Assembly (NCBI GenBank): GCA_028691615.1
Contig: JAQUYX010000001.1
Span: forward strand, 491-64,490
Direction of reading: 5' to 3'
Length of the DNA stretch: 64,000 nt
Source of the DNA: Victivallaceae bacterium
GTDB taxonomy: Bacteria > Verrucomicrobiota > Lentisphaeria > Victivallales > Victivallaceae
The stretch's first letter is position 1. Each line of letters opens with the position of its first letter. Shown here one piece after another: positions 1-10,346 of the stretch. The notes under the pieces were generated by a model. That model was not told where the DNA came from, did no database searches, and saw only the letters and a list, made by a program, of their open reading frames with translations. The translations under genes and the position numbers were made by a program.

Positions 1-1
1 A

Positions 2-391
2 GTGCTCTACCACCTCTCCGAAAACCTCTCCGCACAGAAAAACGCCCCCGCCTCCGCCGACAACAGCGCCGAACCGTCTCCCCCGGTCGTCTGCCCGTCC
101 TGTCACTGGTCGCTGGAAAAACTGCGCGAGAGCAACGGCAGACTCGGCTGCCCCCAATGCTATCAGACCTTTGCTCCGATGATCGCCGACGCGCTCAAAA
201 ACGTCCAACGCGGCCCGCGTCACCGCGGCAAACACCCTGGCTCGGAGGGCAATTCGGCCAACTCCGACGCCTATCTGGAGCTTGCGCACCTGCAGCACCA
301 GCTCGACGAAAAAGTCAAACTCGAAGAGTTCGAGGAAGCCGCGAAACTGCGGGATCGGATCAACGAACTCAAGTCCTCCTCCGCGCGATAG
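2..391 (+). CDS. mcsA: McsA-like UVR-domain/zinc-finger protein (activator of protein arginine kinase); probably 5'-truncated by the window edge
   Basis: CPSC...CPQC zinc-finger pair, then a C-terminal UVR-type helix (LEEFEEAAKLRDRINELK). Lies 29 nt upstream of mcsB. Confidence 0.7.
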   Translation: MLYHLSENLSAQKNAPASADNSAEPSPPVVCPSCHWSLEKLRESNGRLGCPQCYQTFAPMIADALKNVQRGPRHRGKHPGSEGNSANSDAYLELAHLQHQLDEKVKLEEFEEAAKLRDRINELKSSSAR

Positions 392-419
392 CCATTACAG
401 GTCAAGGAGATTGCCCATC

Positions 420-1487
420 ATGCACGATTCCATTGATTCTCTTCTGCAAAACCAGTTCGGCTTTCTGGGGCTCAGCGTCGACAGCGCGGGGCCGGTGGCG
501 GTCTCCAGCAGAATCCGGCTGGCGAGAAACCTGCGGGACTTCAACTTCCCGGTCGCGGCTGGCGAAAGCGAACGGGTGAATCTCCGCGATCTGGTCGCCC
601 GCGCCGTCGGACGCTCCGGGATTCTGGGTTCCGACTACCGAAGGTTTGACATGGAGGAACTTTCCGATGTCGAAAAATCATTTTTGCTGGAACGGCACCT
701 GGCCAGCTGCGATCTCTTCGACCGTCCCGAAGGCGCGGCACTGCTGGTAGACGCAAACGAAGGCATTGCCGTGATGATCAACGAGGAGGATCACCTGCGC
801 CTTCAGGTGCTCGCACCGGGATTTCATCTGGAAAATCTGTGGGCCAAAATCGACCATCTGGATTCGCTTCTCAATCGCGAACTGGATTTCGCTTTCGACG
901 AAAAACTCGGATTCCTCACCAGCTGCCCGACTAACGTCGGCACCGGAATGCGCGCCTCGGTCATGCTGCATCTGGCGGGACTCTCCCTCGCCGGAGAGAT
1001 CCCCGCGCTGGAACGGGCGATGGCGCGGCTGGACTTCACCGTCCGGGGACGCCACGGCGAAGGCACCGAAGACGACGGCGGAATTTTTCAGCTCTCCAAT
1101 CAGAGCACGCTCGGGGAGAGCGAGGCGGAAATCATCGACCGGCTGTCCGGCGTGGTCGCACAGGTGATCGCGCAGGAGCAGCGCACCCGGCAGCTGCTTC
1201 TGGAAAAGCGCCAGTATGACATTCTCGATCACGTTGGCCGCGCCTACGGATTGCTCCGTCACAGCTACAAGCTGACGCAGGCCGAAGCGCTCCGCCACCT
1301 CTCCGCGGTTCGCATGGGCGTGGATTTCGGGCTTTTCTCCAACCTCACGCTGGGGCTGGTGGACGAATTGATGTTCACCGTCGGCGACGGACACCTTCAA
1401 AAGCAGATCGGCCGCCGTCTGGAAGAGCAGGAGCGCAACATCATGCGCGCGACGATGATCCGCGACCGGCTCCGGCAGCGCGTCTGA
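420..1487 (+). CDS. mcsB: Protein arginine kinase McsB (ATP:guanido phosphotransferase family)
   Basis: Phosphagen-kinase signatures NEEDHLR and CPTNVGTGMRAS. ATG at 420 preceded by aaggaga. The longer ORF from 282 overlaps mcsA and is rejected. Confidence 0.85.
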   Translation: MHDSIDSLLQNQFGFLGLSVDSAGPVAVSSRIRLARNLRDFNFPVAAGESERVNLRDLVARAVGRSGILGSDYRRFDMEELSDVEKSFLLERHLASCDLFDRPEGAALLVDANEGIAVMINEEDHLRLQVLAPGFHLENLWAKIDHLDSLLNRELDFAFDEKLGFLTSCPTNVGTGMRASVMLHLAGLSLAGEIPALERAMARLDFTVRGRHGEGTEDDGGIFQLSNQSTLGESEAEIIDRLSGVVAQVIAQEQRTRQLLLEKRQYDILDHVGRAYGLLRHSYKLTQAEALRHLSAVRMGVDFGLFSNLTLGLVDELMFTVGDGHLQKQIGRRLEEQERNIMRATMIRDRLRQRV

Positions 1488-1658
1488 CCGGATTTTTTGC
1501 CGGAAAAAGTCCGATTCCCGGCTTGACGCGGAGGCGTTTCGGGCGTATTGTGTCTGGCGATCAAACACAAAATCAATTCCAGACACGACGTGACTTTAGG
1601 CAGGCGGCGTTTGTACTCTGCCCGAAATCCGTTTGGACACACGAGGAGAGTTATTTCC

Positions 1659-1931
1659 ATGACCAAAGCAGTCATTGCCGTCGTCGGCCGCGACGCGGTC
1701 GGCATCATCGCGAAAGTCAGCAATATCTGTGCGGAGTGCAAGGTCAATATCCTTGATATTTCCCAGACGGTGCTGCACGACTATTTTTCCATGATTATGA
1801 TTGTGGACATCACGGCGATCAATCTGCCGTTCCCGGACTTCGTCGACCGCATGAACGCGCTCGGACAGGAGAACGGACTGCAAATCCACACCATGCACGA
1901 AAATATCTTCAACTCCATGCACCGGATCTAG
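1659..1931 (+). CDS. ACT-domain protein (UPF0237 family)
   Basis: ~90 aa; [21 protein letters not shown]... is a typical ACT fold start. RBS gaggagag. Paired with the UPF0210 gene 9 nt downstream. Confidence 0.75.
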   Translation: MTKAVIAVVGRDAVGIIAKVSNICAECKVNILDISQTVLHDYFSMIMIVDITAINLPFPDFVDRMNALGQENGLQIHTMHENIFNSMHRI

Positions 1932-1939
1932 GCGGGAAA

Positions 1940-3298
1940 ATGTTTGACACCAGCGATATCCTTGAAACCATCAGCATGATCCGCGACGAAAAGCTGGACA
2001 TCCGCACCATCACCATGGGGATTTCCCTCTTCGACTGCCGGGACGAAAACGACGCGAGATTGGCCGAAAAAATCTACGAAAAGATCGTGCGCCACGCCGA
2101 AAAACTGGTTGAAACCGGATCGGAGATCGAGAAGATTTACGGCATTCCGATCATTCACCGCCGGGTGGCGGTCACCCCGATTTCCCTGGTCGCCGGAGGC
2201 GCGACAAAAGACGGCATGGTCAACATCGCCAGAGCCCTCGACCGGGCGGCGAAAAATATCGGCATCAATTTCATCGGCGGCTACGGCGCGCTCGTGCAGA
2301 AGGGCTTCACCGCCGGCTCCAGAACCCTGATCGAATCGATCCCGGAGGCGCTCTCCTCGACCGAACGGGTCTGTTCGTCGGTGAACGTCGCCTCGACCAA
2401 GACGGGAATCAATATGGACGCGGTGGTCCGCATGGGCCAGATCGTCAAGGAGACTGCGGCGGCGACCGCAAACTCCGGTTCGATCGGCTGCGCCAAGCTG
2501 GTGATCTTCGCCAACGTGCCGGACGACAATCCGTTCATGGCCGGGGCGTTTCACGGCTGCGGAGAACCCGAAACAGTCATCAATGTCGGCGTTTCCGGCC
2601 CCGGAGTGGTCTCCTCGGCAATCCGCCGGGCGGGGGAATGCGACCTGACGGCGCTGGCGGAAGTCATCAAAAAAACCGCGTTTAAGATCACCCGGGTCGG
2701 CCAGCTGGTGGCGCGGGAGGCCTCCGAACGGCTCAACGTGCCCTTCGGGATTGTCGATCTCTCGCTGGCGCCGACGCCGGAGATCGGCGATTCGGTCGCG
2801 GGCATCCTCGAAGAGATGGGGTTGGAAAAATGCGGCGGCGCCGGTTCCACTGCGGCGCTGGCCATGCTCAATGACGCCGTTAAAAAAGGCGGCGTGATGG
2901 CCTCCTCGCATGTCGGAGGCCTGTCGGGCGCCTTCATCCCGGTATCGGAGGACGCGCTGATGATCGAGCGGGCGCAGGAAGGCGTGCTGTCGATTGAGAA
3001 GCTCGAAGCGATGACGGCGGTCTGCTCGGTGGGGTTGGACATGATCGCCGTTCCCGGCGACACGACCGCGGAGGTGATTTCGGGGGTGATCGCCGATGAA
3101 ATTTCCATCGGCGTCATCAACAACAAGACTACGGCGGTGCGGCTGATTCCGGCGGTAGGATATCACGAAGGGGAGATGGTGGATTTCGGGGGACTGCTCG
3201 GCAGGGCCCCGGTGATGTCGCTGCGGACAAGTTCTCCGGCCAAATTTCTCCGGCGCGGCGGACGCATTCCGGCGCCGATTCACAGTTTGAGAAACTGA
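1940..3298 (+). CDS. UPF0210/DUF711 family protein
   Basis: 452 aa. The N-terminus ([20 protein letters not shown]) and the length match the conserved UPF0210 family that always follows the small ACT protein. Confidence 0.8.
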   Translation: MFDTSDILETISMIRDEKLDIRTITMGISLFDCRDENDARLAEKIYEKIVRHAEKLVETGSEIEKIYGIPIIHRRVAVTPISLVAGGATKDGMVNIARALDRAAKNIGINFIGGYGALVQKGFTAGSRTLIESIPEALSSTERVCSSVNVASTKTGINMDAVVRMGQIVKETAAATANSGSIGCAKLVIFANVPDDNPFMAGAFHGCGEPETVINVGVSGPGVVSSAIRRAGECDLTALAEVIKKTAFKITRVGQLVAREASERLNVPFGIVDLSLAPTPEIGDSVAGILEEMGLEKCGGAGSTAALAMLNDAVKKGGVMASSHVGGLSGAFIPVSEDALMIERAQEGVLSIEKLEAMTAVCSVGLDMIAVPGDTTAEVISGVIADEISIGVINNKTTAVRLIPAVGYHEGEMVDFGGLLGRAPVMSLRTSSPAKFLRRGGRIPAPIHSLRN

Positions 3299-3346
3299 TC
3301 CGGCAGAGATGCGGCAGGCGCAGGCGTCCGCGAACGGTGGGGTTTT

Positions 3347-3958
3347 TTATTCCTTGTCGGAGAGCCGGTCGCGCCGTTCGAGCGCGTGGGCAATGGTCGC
3401 GCCGTCGGCATAGGAAAAACTTGCGCCCGCGGGCATTCCGAGCGCGGGCGTCGACACGGTGACTTCACACGCCTTGAGTTCTCCGGCCAGATAAATGGCG
3501 GTGCCCCGCCCCTCGACGTCGGAACTCAATGCAAGGATCACCTCCTGCACCTCCGGAGCGGAGGCGCGGCGGATGAGTTCGGCCACCCGAAGGTGTTCTC
3601 CAAACTCGCCCGAAGCGGGCGAAAGTTTGCCGCCGAGGATGTGATAAAGTCCGTGGTATGCGCCGGATTTTTCGATGGAACGCAGCTGGGCAAAGTCCTC
3701 CACCACGCAGAGACAGGAGGCGTCCCGGCGAACGTCGGAACAAATGTCGCATAGTTTTCCCTTGTCGGCCAGTGCGCCGCAGCGCGGACACGCGTCCACC
3801 TTGTCATGAAGTTCGGAGAGCATCCTTCCGAATTCGGCCAGCTCCTCGGGTTTCCACTTCCAGACGGCGGCGAGCATGCGCGCGGCTCCGTGGCGGCCGA
3901 TGCCGGGGAGTTTACGGAAACGGTCGATCAGTTCGAGCATGGGTTCCGGGTATTCCAT
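3347..3958 (-). CDS. recR: Recombination protein RecR
   Basis: 203 aa. HhH region (LPGIGRHGAARM), C4 zinc finger (CPRCG...CDIC) and Toprim region. Start moved to MEYPEP. Confidence 0.9.
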   Translation of the reverse strand: MEYPEPMLELIDRFRKLPGIGRHGAARMLAAVWKWKPEELAEFGRMLSELHDKVDACPRCGALADKGKLCDICSDVRRDASCLCVVEDFAQLRSIEKSGAYHGLYHILGGKLSPASGEFGEHLRVAELIRRASAPEVQEVILALSSDVEGRGTAIYLAGELKACEVTVSTPALGMPAGASFSYADGATIAHALERRDRLSDKE

Positions 3959-4233
3959 TGTGAAAAAAGCTCCTCCTGAATGGTCTTTTTTGCTCCGTCC
4001 GTCCGGCGGGACTTTTTGCAGTACCATCTTTGCTGAAGCAATATACCCGGAACAATCCTCTTTTACAAATCCAAACCCCGGAATTTTTCCGAACGCGGCG
4101 TGACAATCCGGCATTTCGAATGCCGGATTTTACATGAAAAAAATCTTTCGTCCATTGACTTCCCCTCCCCCCTCGTGCTATTGTATTTCCCGTGGCAAGA
4201 AATCACCATCCGAAAACGGGGAGACTCCGCTTC

Positions 4234-6303
4234 ATGAAATTCATCCGCATCCAAAAAGAAAATCTTCATCTTCTCTTCGCACAAGACCCCGCCGGCCCCA
4301 TCCGGCTCCTGCACTGCGCGGCGTTTCCCTGCGCCGAAGACGCGCTCCCCACCGATGAAGAAAAACTTCGCCGCTTCGAATTGAGCATGATTCACCTCGC
4401 CGGCAAAGATCGCTGGGAACCGCACGGCAACAAACACTCCGCATGCGATCCGGGCGGAACCTTATGCTGCACGTCGCTGGAGGAACAGGAGGATTCTCTG
4501 GTCATCGTCGAACGCAACGAATGGATCGAAGTGGTGACCCGGTGGCAGTTTTTTCACGGCATCCGGGCGTTTCGCGCGACCAAGAAGATCCGCAATCTCT
4601 CCGAACAGGCCATCCCGCTGGAATACGCCGCCACCTTCGCCCTCACCGGCGCGGCCAAGGAATCCCCCGCATGGGATGCTCCGGACGTGCGAATCTCCTT
4701 CGCCCGCTCCGGATGGAAAACCGAGCATCGCTGGGAATCTCACACGCTCCCGGAGCTGGGACTCTCCCACTTTCACGCCGGAGAATTCTGCATCAACTCC
4801 ATCGCGCTGAACAACACCGGAACTTTCGCCTGCAAAGAATATCTTCCAATGGGCGTACTCGAAACCGCGTCGGGAACCACCGCATGGGAAATTCAAACCA
4901 CCGGGTCCTGGCACTGGGAACTCGGGGATGTGGCGTCGCTGCTCTATATGCAGCTTTCCGGGCCGACCTTTCTCGACAACTTCTGGTGCAAACATCTCGC
5001 CCCCGGAGAAACCTTTGAAACCGTCCCGGTTCTGCTGGCCTTTGCCACCGGGCGGCGCGACGACGCCCTCCGCGAACTCACGCGGCTGCGGCGCGCAATC
5101 CGCCGTCCGAATGAGGACAATCTCCAAAACCCGATCCTCTTCAATGATTATATGAACTGTCTCTTCGCCAAGGCGACTGAGGAGAAACTTCTCCCCCTGA
5201 TCGACCGGGCCGCATCGCTCGGCGCGGAGATCTTCGTCACCGACGCCGGCTGGTACGCCTCCCGCGACGAAGACTGGTGGCCGACCGTCGGGTTGTGGCA
5301 GGAGTCGCCCGACCGTTTCCCGCACGGACTGCGGTTCATCACCGATTACATCCGTTCCAAAGGAATGCGCGCGGGGCTGTGGCTGGAAATCGAACGCATG
5401 GGCACGCTCTGTCCGCTGGTTCATCAATGGCCGGAGGAGTGCTTCTTCCGGCGCAACGGCGCGCCGATTATTGAAAACCGTTCGCTTCAGCTCGACTTCC
5501 GCCACCCCCTGGTGCGCGAATACGCCACCGAAACGGTCGAACGGCTGATTCGCGATTACCAGATCGGGTTCTTCAAATTCGACTACAATATCGATCCGGG
5601 GCCGGGCACCGAAGTCGGCTGCGCGACCCTCGGCGACGGACTTTTGGAACACAAACGCTGTTACAAAGCCTGGCTCGCCAAAGTCTTCGAGCGCCATCCC
5701 GATCTGGTGATTGAAAACTGCTCCTCGGGCGGCAACCGGGCGACCAGCGGACTGCTGGATTTGCACAGCCTCTGCTCGACCACCGACAATGAATGTTATC
5801 GGTCCAACGCGAAAATCTCCATAGCCTCCGCCGCGGCCTACCCCATGGAACAGGCCGGCGTCTGGATGTATCCTCTGGCCTCCGCCGACGACGAAGAGGT
5901 CATCATGAATATGGTTTCCGCAATGAGTTGGAGAATTTTCCTCTCCGGCGAAGTGATGGCTCTCTCAGAGGAGAAGCTCGAACTGATCCGGGAAGGCTGC
6001 CGCTTCTACCGGGAACACATTGCCCCGAAACTCTCCGAAGCTCTGCCCCGCTGGCCGCTCGGACTGGGGCGGCCCGAATCAGAGGAGGGAGCCTTTCTTC
6101 TGGATTTCGGTCCCGACTGCGCGGGGGTGCTCTCCGTATGGAACTTCACCGATCAACCACGCGTCGTGACCGTCCCGGTCGCCGCAAAATCCTGTACGCA
6201 AGTGTATCCGGAAAAACGCCCGGTTCCGGTGGAACTCGGGCAAAACTCCGTCGCCGTGACCCTGCCGGGACGCAGCGCGCGGATCTTCCAGCTGGAAAAC
6301 TGA
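4234..6303 (+). CDS. Alpha-galactosidase, GH36 family
   Basis: Motifs FVTDAGWY, KFDYN and CSSGGNR are typical of GH36. ATG at 4234 with RBS ggggag. Confidence 0.75.
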   Translation: MKFIRIQKENLHLLFAQDPAGPIRLLHCAAFPCAEDALPTDEEKLRRFELSMIHLAGKDRWEPHGNKHSACDPGGTLCCTSLEEQEDSLVIVERNEWIEVVTRWQFFHGIRAFRATKKIRNLSEQAIPLEYAATFALTGAAKESPAWDAPDVRISFARSGWKTEHRWESHTLPELGLSHFHAGEFCINSIALNNTGTFACKEYLPMGVLETASGTTAWEIQTTGSWHWELGDVASLLYMQLSGPTFLDNFWCKHLAPGETFETVPVLLAFATGRRDDALRELTRLRRAIRRPNEDNLQNPILFNDYMNCLFAKATEEKLLPLIDRAASLGAEIFVTDAGWYASRDEDWWPTVGLWQESPDRFPHGLRFITDYIRSKGMRAGLWLEIERMGTLCPLVHQWPEECFFRRNGAPIIENRSLQLDFRHPLVREYATETVERLIRDYQIGFFKFDYNIDPGPGTEVGCATLGDGLLEHKRCYKAWLAKVFERHPDLVIENCSSGGNRATSGLLDLHSLCSTTDNECYRSNAKISIASAAAYPMEQAGVWMYPLASADDEEVIMNMVSAMSWRIFLSGEVMALSEEKLELIREGCRFYREHIAPKLSEALPRWPLGLGRPESEEGAFLLDFGPDCAGVLSVWNFTDQPRVVTVPVAAKSCTQVYPEKRPVPVELGQNSVAVTLPGRSARIFQLEN

Positions 6304-6323
6304 TCTCCGGCAGAGAAAGAAAC

Positions 6324-7208
6324 TCAGCGGCCGCTTCCGCGCGATAGAATGATCGCGTCGTTGACCCGGCGCGACCCTTTGGTGTCGAAGCTCTTGTTAT
6401 CACAGGGATGGCTGACCACGCCGAGGGGGTCGACCCACATGGCGGAACTGCCGCCGCCATCCAGATTGATCGCGTCGACGCAGCCGAACTGACGCATAAG
6501 ATTGGCCAAATCCTTGGCCGAGAGGCCGCGCGCCTCGGGCATGCGACCGTCGACGACGACCCAGAAAGTCACGCCTTCATCGGTCACGCCCACTGCGGTG
6601 CGGGGATTGCGCAACCGCAAATATTTATCTTTGCTGTAATCGCGGCTTTCCCCCTGATGCAGCAGCAGCGGCCAGGATTCCACCGCCTCCGGCGCAGGAT
6701 CGCGTTCCGGAAGGTAATCCCCGGCCTTCTCCATCGGGTGGATCGACACGGCGCGACCGCTGCCGTCAAAGGAGAGCACCACGCGCGCGGGGCTTGGCGA
6801 ACGGAACGCATTGACGACCTTGCCGCCAATGCGACGCCCCCACGCCGAACGCGGCGGTTTGGAAAAAGCGAAAAATCCGGCGTTGATCACCGCCAGCGCG
6901 CCGGGCGTTTCCCGGGCAAATTCCGCGACGGTCTTGCGGCGGTCGCCGCAAAGTTTGAAGTCGAGCTTGAGATCCGGATTCTTGCGCCAGTCGATCTTGA
7001 GCACCGCCAGATGCTGCGGCGCGCCGAAAAGCTCCTTGTACTGCTGCAAACTGAGCGTCACACCATCCGCGAGTTTTTCCTCCCGGTGGGAAAGGACAGC
7101 GTCCGGCTTTGCCTCGGCAAGCGGAATCTCATAGCTTGCGCACCCAAATAGAACAAGAAGAAGAAACGTCGCGGCAACCGCCTTCCCGGTACAAAAAAAG
7201 TGTTTCAT
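6324..7208 (-). CDS. Phosphodiester glycosidase family lipoprotein (DUF2233/NAGPA-like)
   Basis: Lipobox LLVLFGC, INAGFF and NLDGGGSS motifs. Start overlaps the upstream gene stop (ATGA). Confidence 0.7.
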   Translation of the reverse strand: MKHFFCTGKAVAATFLLLVLFGCASYEIPLAEAKPDAVLSHREEKLADGVTLSLQQYKELFGAPQHLAVLKIDWRKNPDLKLDFKLCGDRRKTVAEFARETPGALAVINAGFFAFSKPPRSAWGRRIGGKVVNAFRSPSPARVVLSFDGSGRAVSIHPMEKAGDYLPERDPAPEAVESWPLLLHQGESRDYSKDKYLRLRNPRTAVGVTDEGVTFWVVVDGRMPEARGLSAKDLANLMRQFGCVDAINLDGGGSSAMWVDPLGVVSHPCDNKSFDTKGSRRVNDAIILSRGSGR

Positions 7209-8203
7209 CTGGAACAGGCCTCCTCTTTATGATTTATTTTCGCATGCCCGGAACGGATCTTGTCGATCAGCAGAAAGAGCCCCGCCAGAAGCGTTCCCGA
7301 AATGGAATGCCAGACGCAGCTTACCGCGGCGGCGACGGCCGCCTCCGGCAGATTGGTGAAGTGCTTCATGGCCAGATTGGTGGCCAGCCCCGCGTTCTGC
7401 ATTCCCACCTCGATTGCGATGGTTCTGCGCTTGGCCGTCCCCATGCGGGTGCAGCTGCCGACAAAATATCCGAGGAGATACCCCAGTCCGTTATGCAGGA
7501 AAATCGCGCCGAAAATCGTCAGTCCCGAAGTAAAGAAATGTTTCCCGTTGTAGCTTATGACGCTTCCGACGATACAGGCGAACGCGATCACCGAAATCCC
7601 CGGCATGACCTTGCAAAGTTCATGATAGCTTTCGCTCTTGCCGAAGCGGAAGTTGGCCGCCGCGCCGATTGCCACAGGAAGAATCGTCACAATCAGGATC
7701 GACCGGAACATTCCCCACGCGTCAACCGCAATCGATTCCCCGGAAAGGTGAAGCACCAGAAGCGGCGTCATCACCGGCGCAAGCAGCGTCGACGCGGTGG
7801 TCATTCCGACGGAAAATGCCAAATCCCCTTTGCAGAGGAAACTGATGATGTTCGAAGAAACCCCGCCGGGACAGCATCCGACGAGAATCAGTCCGGTGGC
7901 AATCCCCGGCGGGAGGTGGCAGATTTTGACCAAAGCCCACGCCAGAAACGGCATAATCGTATATTGGGCACATGCGCCGATGAAAATATCCAGCGGCCGC
8001 GCTGCGAGCACCTTAAAGTCCTCGGTGGAGAGCGTCATTCCCATCGTCAGCATAATCACGCCGAGCACAACGGTTTGCATATCCCCCTTGACCCACCGGA
8101 AGAGTTCCGGGAAAAAGAAGGTGAGCACCGCCACGCTGATGATGAACACGGAAGTCTGGCGTGCGAGAAAACCGCTGATCGCCTGCAATTTTTTCATATC
8201 CAA
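7205..8203 (-). CDS. Bile acid:sodium symporter (BASS) family transporter
   Basis: 332 aa polytopic membrane protein with typical BASS N-terminus and length. Confidence 0.8.
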   Translation of the reverse strand: MDMKKLQAISGFLARQTSVFIISVAVLTFFFPELFRWVKGDMQTVVLGVIMLTMGMTLSTEDFKVLAARPLDIFIGACAQYTIMPFLAWALVKICHLPPGIATGLILVGCCPGGVSSNIISFLCKGDLAFSVGMTTASTLLAPVMTPLLVLHLSGESIAVDAWGMFRSILIVTILPVAIGAAANFRFGKSESYHELCKVMPGISVIAFACIVGSVISYNGKHFFTSGLTIFGAIFLHNGLGYLLGYFVGSCTRMGTAKRRTIAIEVGMQNAGLATNLAMKHFTNLPEAAVAAAVSCVWHSISGTLLAGLFLLIDKIRSGHAKINHKEEACSR

Positions 8204-8338
8204 TGCCTTTGAATTCGATTAAAAACGCTTCCCGCCCTCGGTTCTCCCCGACGGAATAAGCAATTAATATATCGTGAAAGACACTTTTTTTCAACTCCGT
8301 GGCAAAACAATCCTCAGCACCCCGCCGAAAAAAAGGCA

Positions 8339-8369
8339 AAAAAAAGTCCGCCATCTTCCGATGACGGAC
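8339..8369 (-). terminator. Rho-independent terminator after htpG
   Basis: On the minus strand: GTCCGTCATCggaaGATGGCGGAC followed by a T-run. Confidence 0.6.
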
Positions 8370-8388
8370 ACTTTAGACGACGCAGGGT

Positions 8389-10278
8389 TTATTTCCCGGC
8401 AAGCGCCTCGGTCATCAGATCGGTGACCCGCGCGGTGAACGCCGACGGATCGTCGATGGCGCTGCCCTCGGAGAGCAATGCCTGATCCATCAGCAGATCG
8501 GCGAACTTGTCAAGACGTCCGGCGGATTCCTCCTTGCCGACCAGCTGCGCCATCGCGGCAATCAAAGGATGATCGCAGTTGAGTTCCAGAACCCGCTTGG
8601 TCTGCGGGAAACTCTGGTTCATCGCCTTGAAAAGCTTTTCCATATAAGGACTGATCGAACTGTCCGTGCCGACCAGACAGGCCGGGCTCTTGGTCAGACG
8701 CGCGGTGAACCGCACTTCGGAGAGTTTCGCATCGAAGTGCTTGACCAGATAATCGGTCAACGCCTGATATTTGCCCTTGGCCTCCTCGATTTTCTTTTCG
8801 GCGGCCTCCTTGTCAGCGCCGTCCAGCTCCAATTCCCCCTTGGCAACCGATTTGAACAGCTTCTTGTCGAACTGGAAATTCGAATTCATGACCCACTCTT
8901 CGATCGGATCGATCATCAGCAGCACATCATAACCTTTGCTGCGGCAAAGTTCGAGCGCCGGATTGCTTTCCACATTCTTGCGGCTGTCGCCGGTGATAAA
9001 GTAGATATCCTTCTGATCGGGCTTCATCGCCTTGACATAATCGTCCAGAGAGATCAACTTGCCCGGCTCGTTGTTCAACGTCTCGTACATCGCCAGATGC
9101 TGAAGTTTCTCCTGATTGCCCACGTCGGTGTGCATGCCCTCCTTGAGAATCTTGCCGAATTCCTTAAAGAATTTCGCGTAAGCCTCCGGCTCGTTCTCCT
9201 GCATCTTCTTGAGTTCCGCGAGAATCTTGGTGACGATGGCCTTCTGAATTTTCCCGAGCAGCGGATTCTGCTGGAGAATCTCACGCGAGACATTCAGCGG
9301 CAGGTCGCTGGAATCCACCACGCCGCGCAAAAACCGCAGGTAATCCGGCACCAGTTCGGCGCACTCGTCGGTGATGAACACACGCTTGACATAAAGCGCC
9401 AGCCCCTTTTTCTGCAGCTCCGGCATGAAAATGTTGAACGGCACCGATTCCGGCAGAAACAGCAGCGCCTTGAATTCCGTCACGCCCTCGGCCGACAGAT
9501 GAATCGCCTTCAGATATTTCCCGGCATTCATCTTCGAGAGATGCGAATAAAAACTCTGATACTCCTCCTCGGTGATCTCCGAGGATTTCCGCAGCCAGAT
9601 CGCCTTCTGGGAGTTGACCACAGTGTCAGTCACCGTCTCGGTCTTGTCGTCATTGACCTTGACCGACGGCAGAATGATCGGATACTCGATGAAGTCCGAA
9701 TACTTGCGGATGATGTCCGAAAGTTTCCAGTTTTCCAGATAAGTTTCCGCGTCCCCCTTGAGGAACAGCCGCACGGACGTACCGATCTCCGCACGGTCGC
9801 ACTTGCCGATCTCGTAAGAATCCTTGCCGTCGCTGATCCAGCGGACGCCGGACTCCTCGCCAGCCTTGCGGGTCTCCAGCTCGACCTTGTCGGCAACCAT
9901 GAAGGCGGAATAGAAACCGACGCCGAACTGTCCGATCATCTCCGGCGCGGCGCTCTCCTTCTTCTCCTCAAGCGCGGCCAGAAACGCTTTTGTGCCGCTC
10001 TTGGCGATCGTGCCGATGTTTTCAATCACCTCAGCCTCGCTCATCCCGATCCCGTTGTCGCTGATCACAAGCGTTTTTCCGGTCTTGTCCGGGATGACGC
10101 GGATCTCCCACTTGCGCACCTGCGCGGGATCGGTCAGGCTGCCGAATCTGGCCTTGTCGATCGCGTCGGCGGCGTTGGCCACCAATTCCCGCAGGAAAAT
10201 GTCCTTATTCGAATAAAGACTATTGATCATGAGGTCCAAAAGCTGTTTGACTTCTGTCTTGAATTTCCGTTCGCCCAT
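8389..10278 (-). CDS. htpG: Molecular chaperone HtpG (Hsp90)
   Basis: 629 aa; N-terminal GHKL ATPase motifs (LRELVANAADA, DNGIGM). Full-length Hsp90 architecture. Confidence 0.95.
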   Translation of the reverse strand: MGERKFKTEVKQLLDLMINSLYSNKDIFLRELVANAADAIDKARFGSLTDPAQVRKWEIRVIPDKTGKTLVISDNGIGMSEAEVIENIGTIAKSGTKAFLAALEEKKESAAPEMIGQFGVGFYSAFMVADKVELETRKAGEESGVRWISDGKDSYEIGKCDRAEIGTSVRLFLKGDAETYLENWKLSDIIRKYSDFIEYPIILPSVKVNDDKTETVTDTVVNSQKAIWLRKSSEITEEEYQSFYSHLSKMNAGKYLKAIHLSAEGVTEFKALLFLPESVPFNIFMPELQKKGLALYVKRVFITDECAELVPDYLRFLRGVVDSSDLPLNVSREILQQNPLLGKIQKAIVTKILAELKKMQENEPEAYAKFFKEFGKILKEGMHTDVGNQEKLQHLAMYETLNNEPGKLISLDDYVKAMKPDQKDIYFITGDSRKNVESNPALELCRSKGYDVLLMIDPIEEWVMNSNFQFDKKLFKSVAKGELELDGADKEAAEKKIEEAKGKYQALTDYLVKHFDAKLSEVRFTARLTKSPACLVGTDSSISPYMEKLFKAMNQSFPQTKRVLELNCDHPLIAAMAQLVGKEESAGRLDKFADLLMDQALLSEGSAIDDPSAFTARVTDLMTEALAGK

Positions 10279-10346
10279 AATTGCTTGGAATCTCCTATTC
10301 TTGATTTTTCATGACTTCGGGTAATGTAGCGTGGTTTTGTGTTTTT

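Noticed and set aside
282-419. N-terminal extension of mcsB (ORF starts at 282, overlapping mcsA)
   Set aside because: The extension is low-complexity (Ser/Lys/Arg-rich) and out of frame with the well-supported mcsA. A good RBS precedes the ATG at 420.
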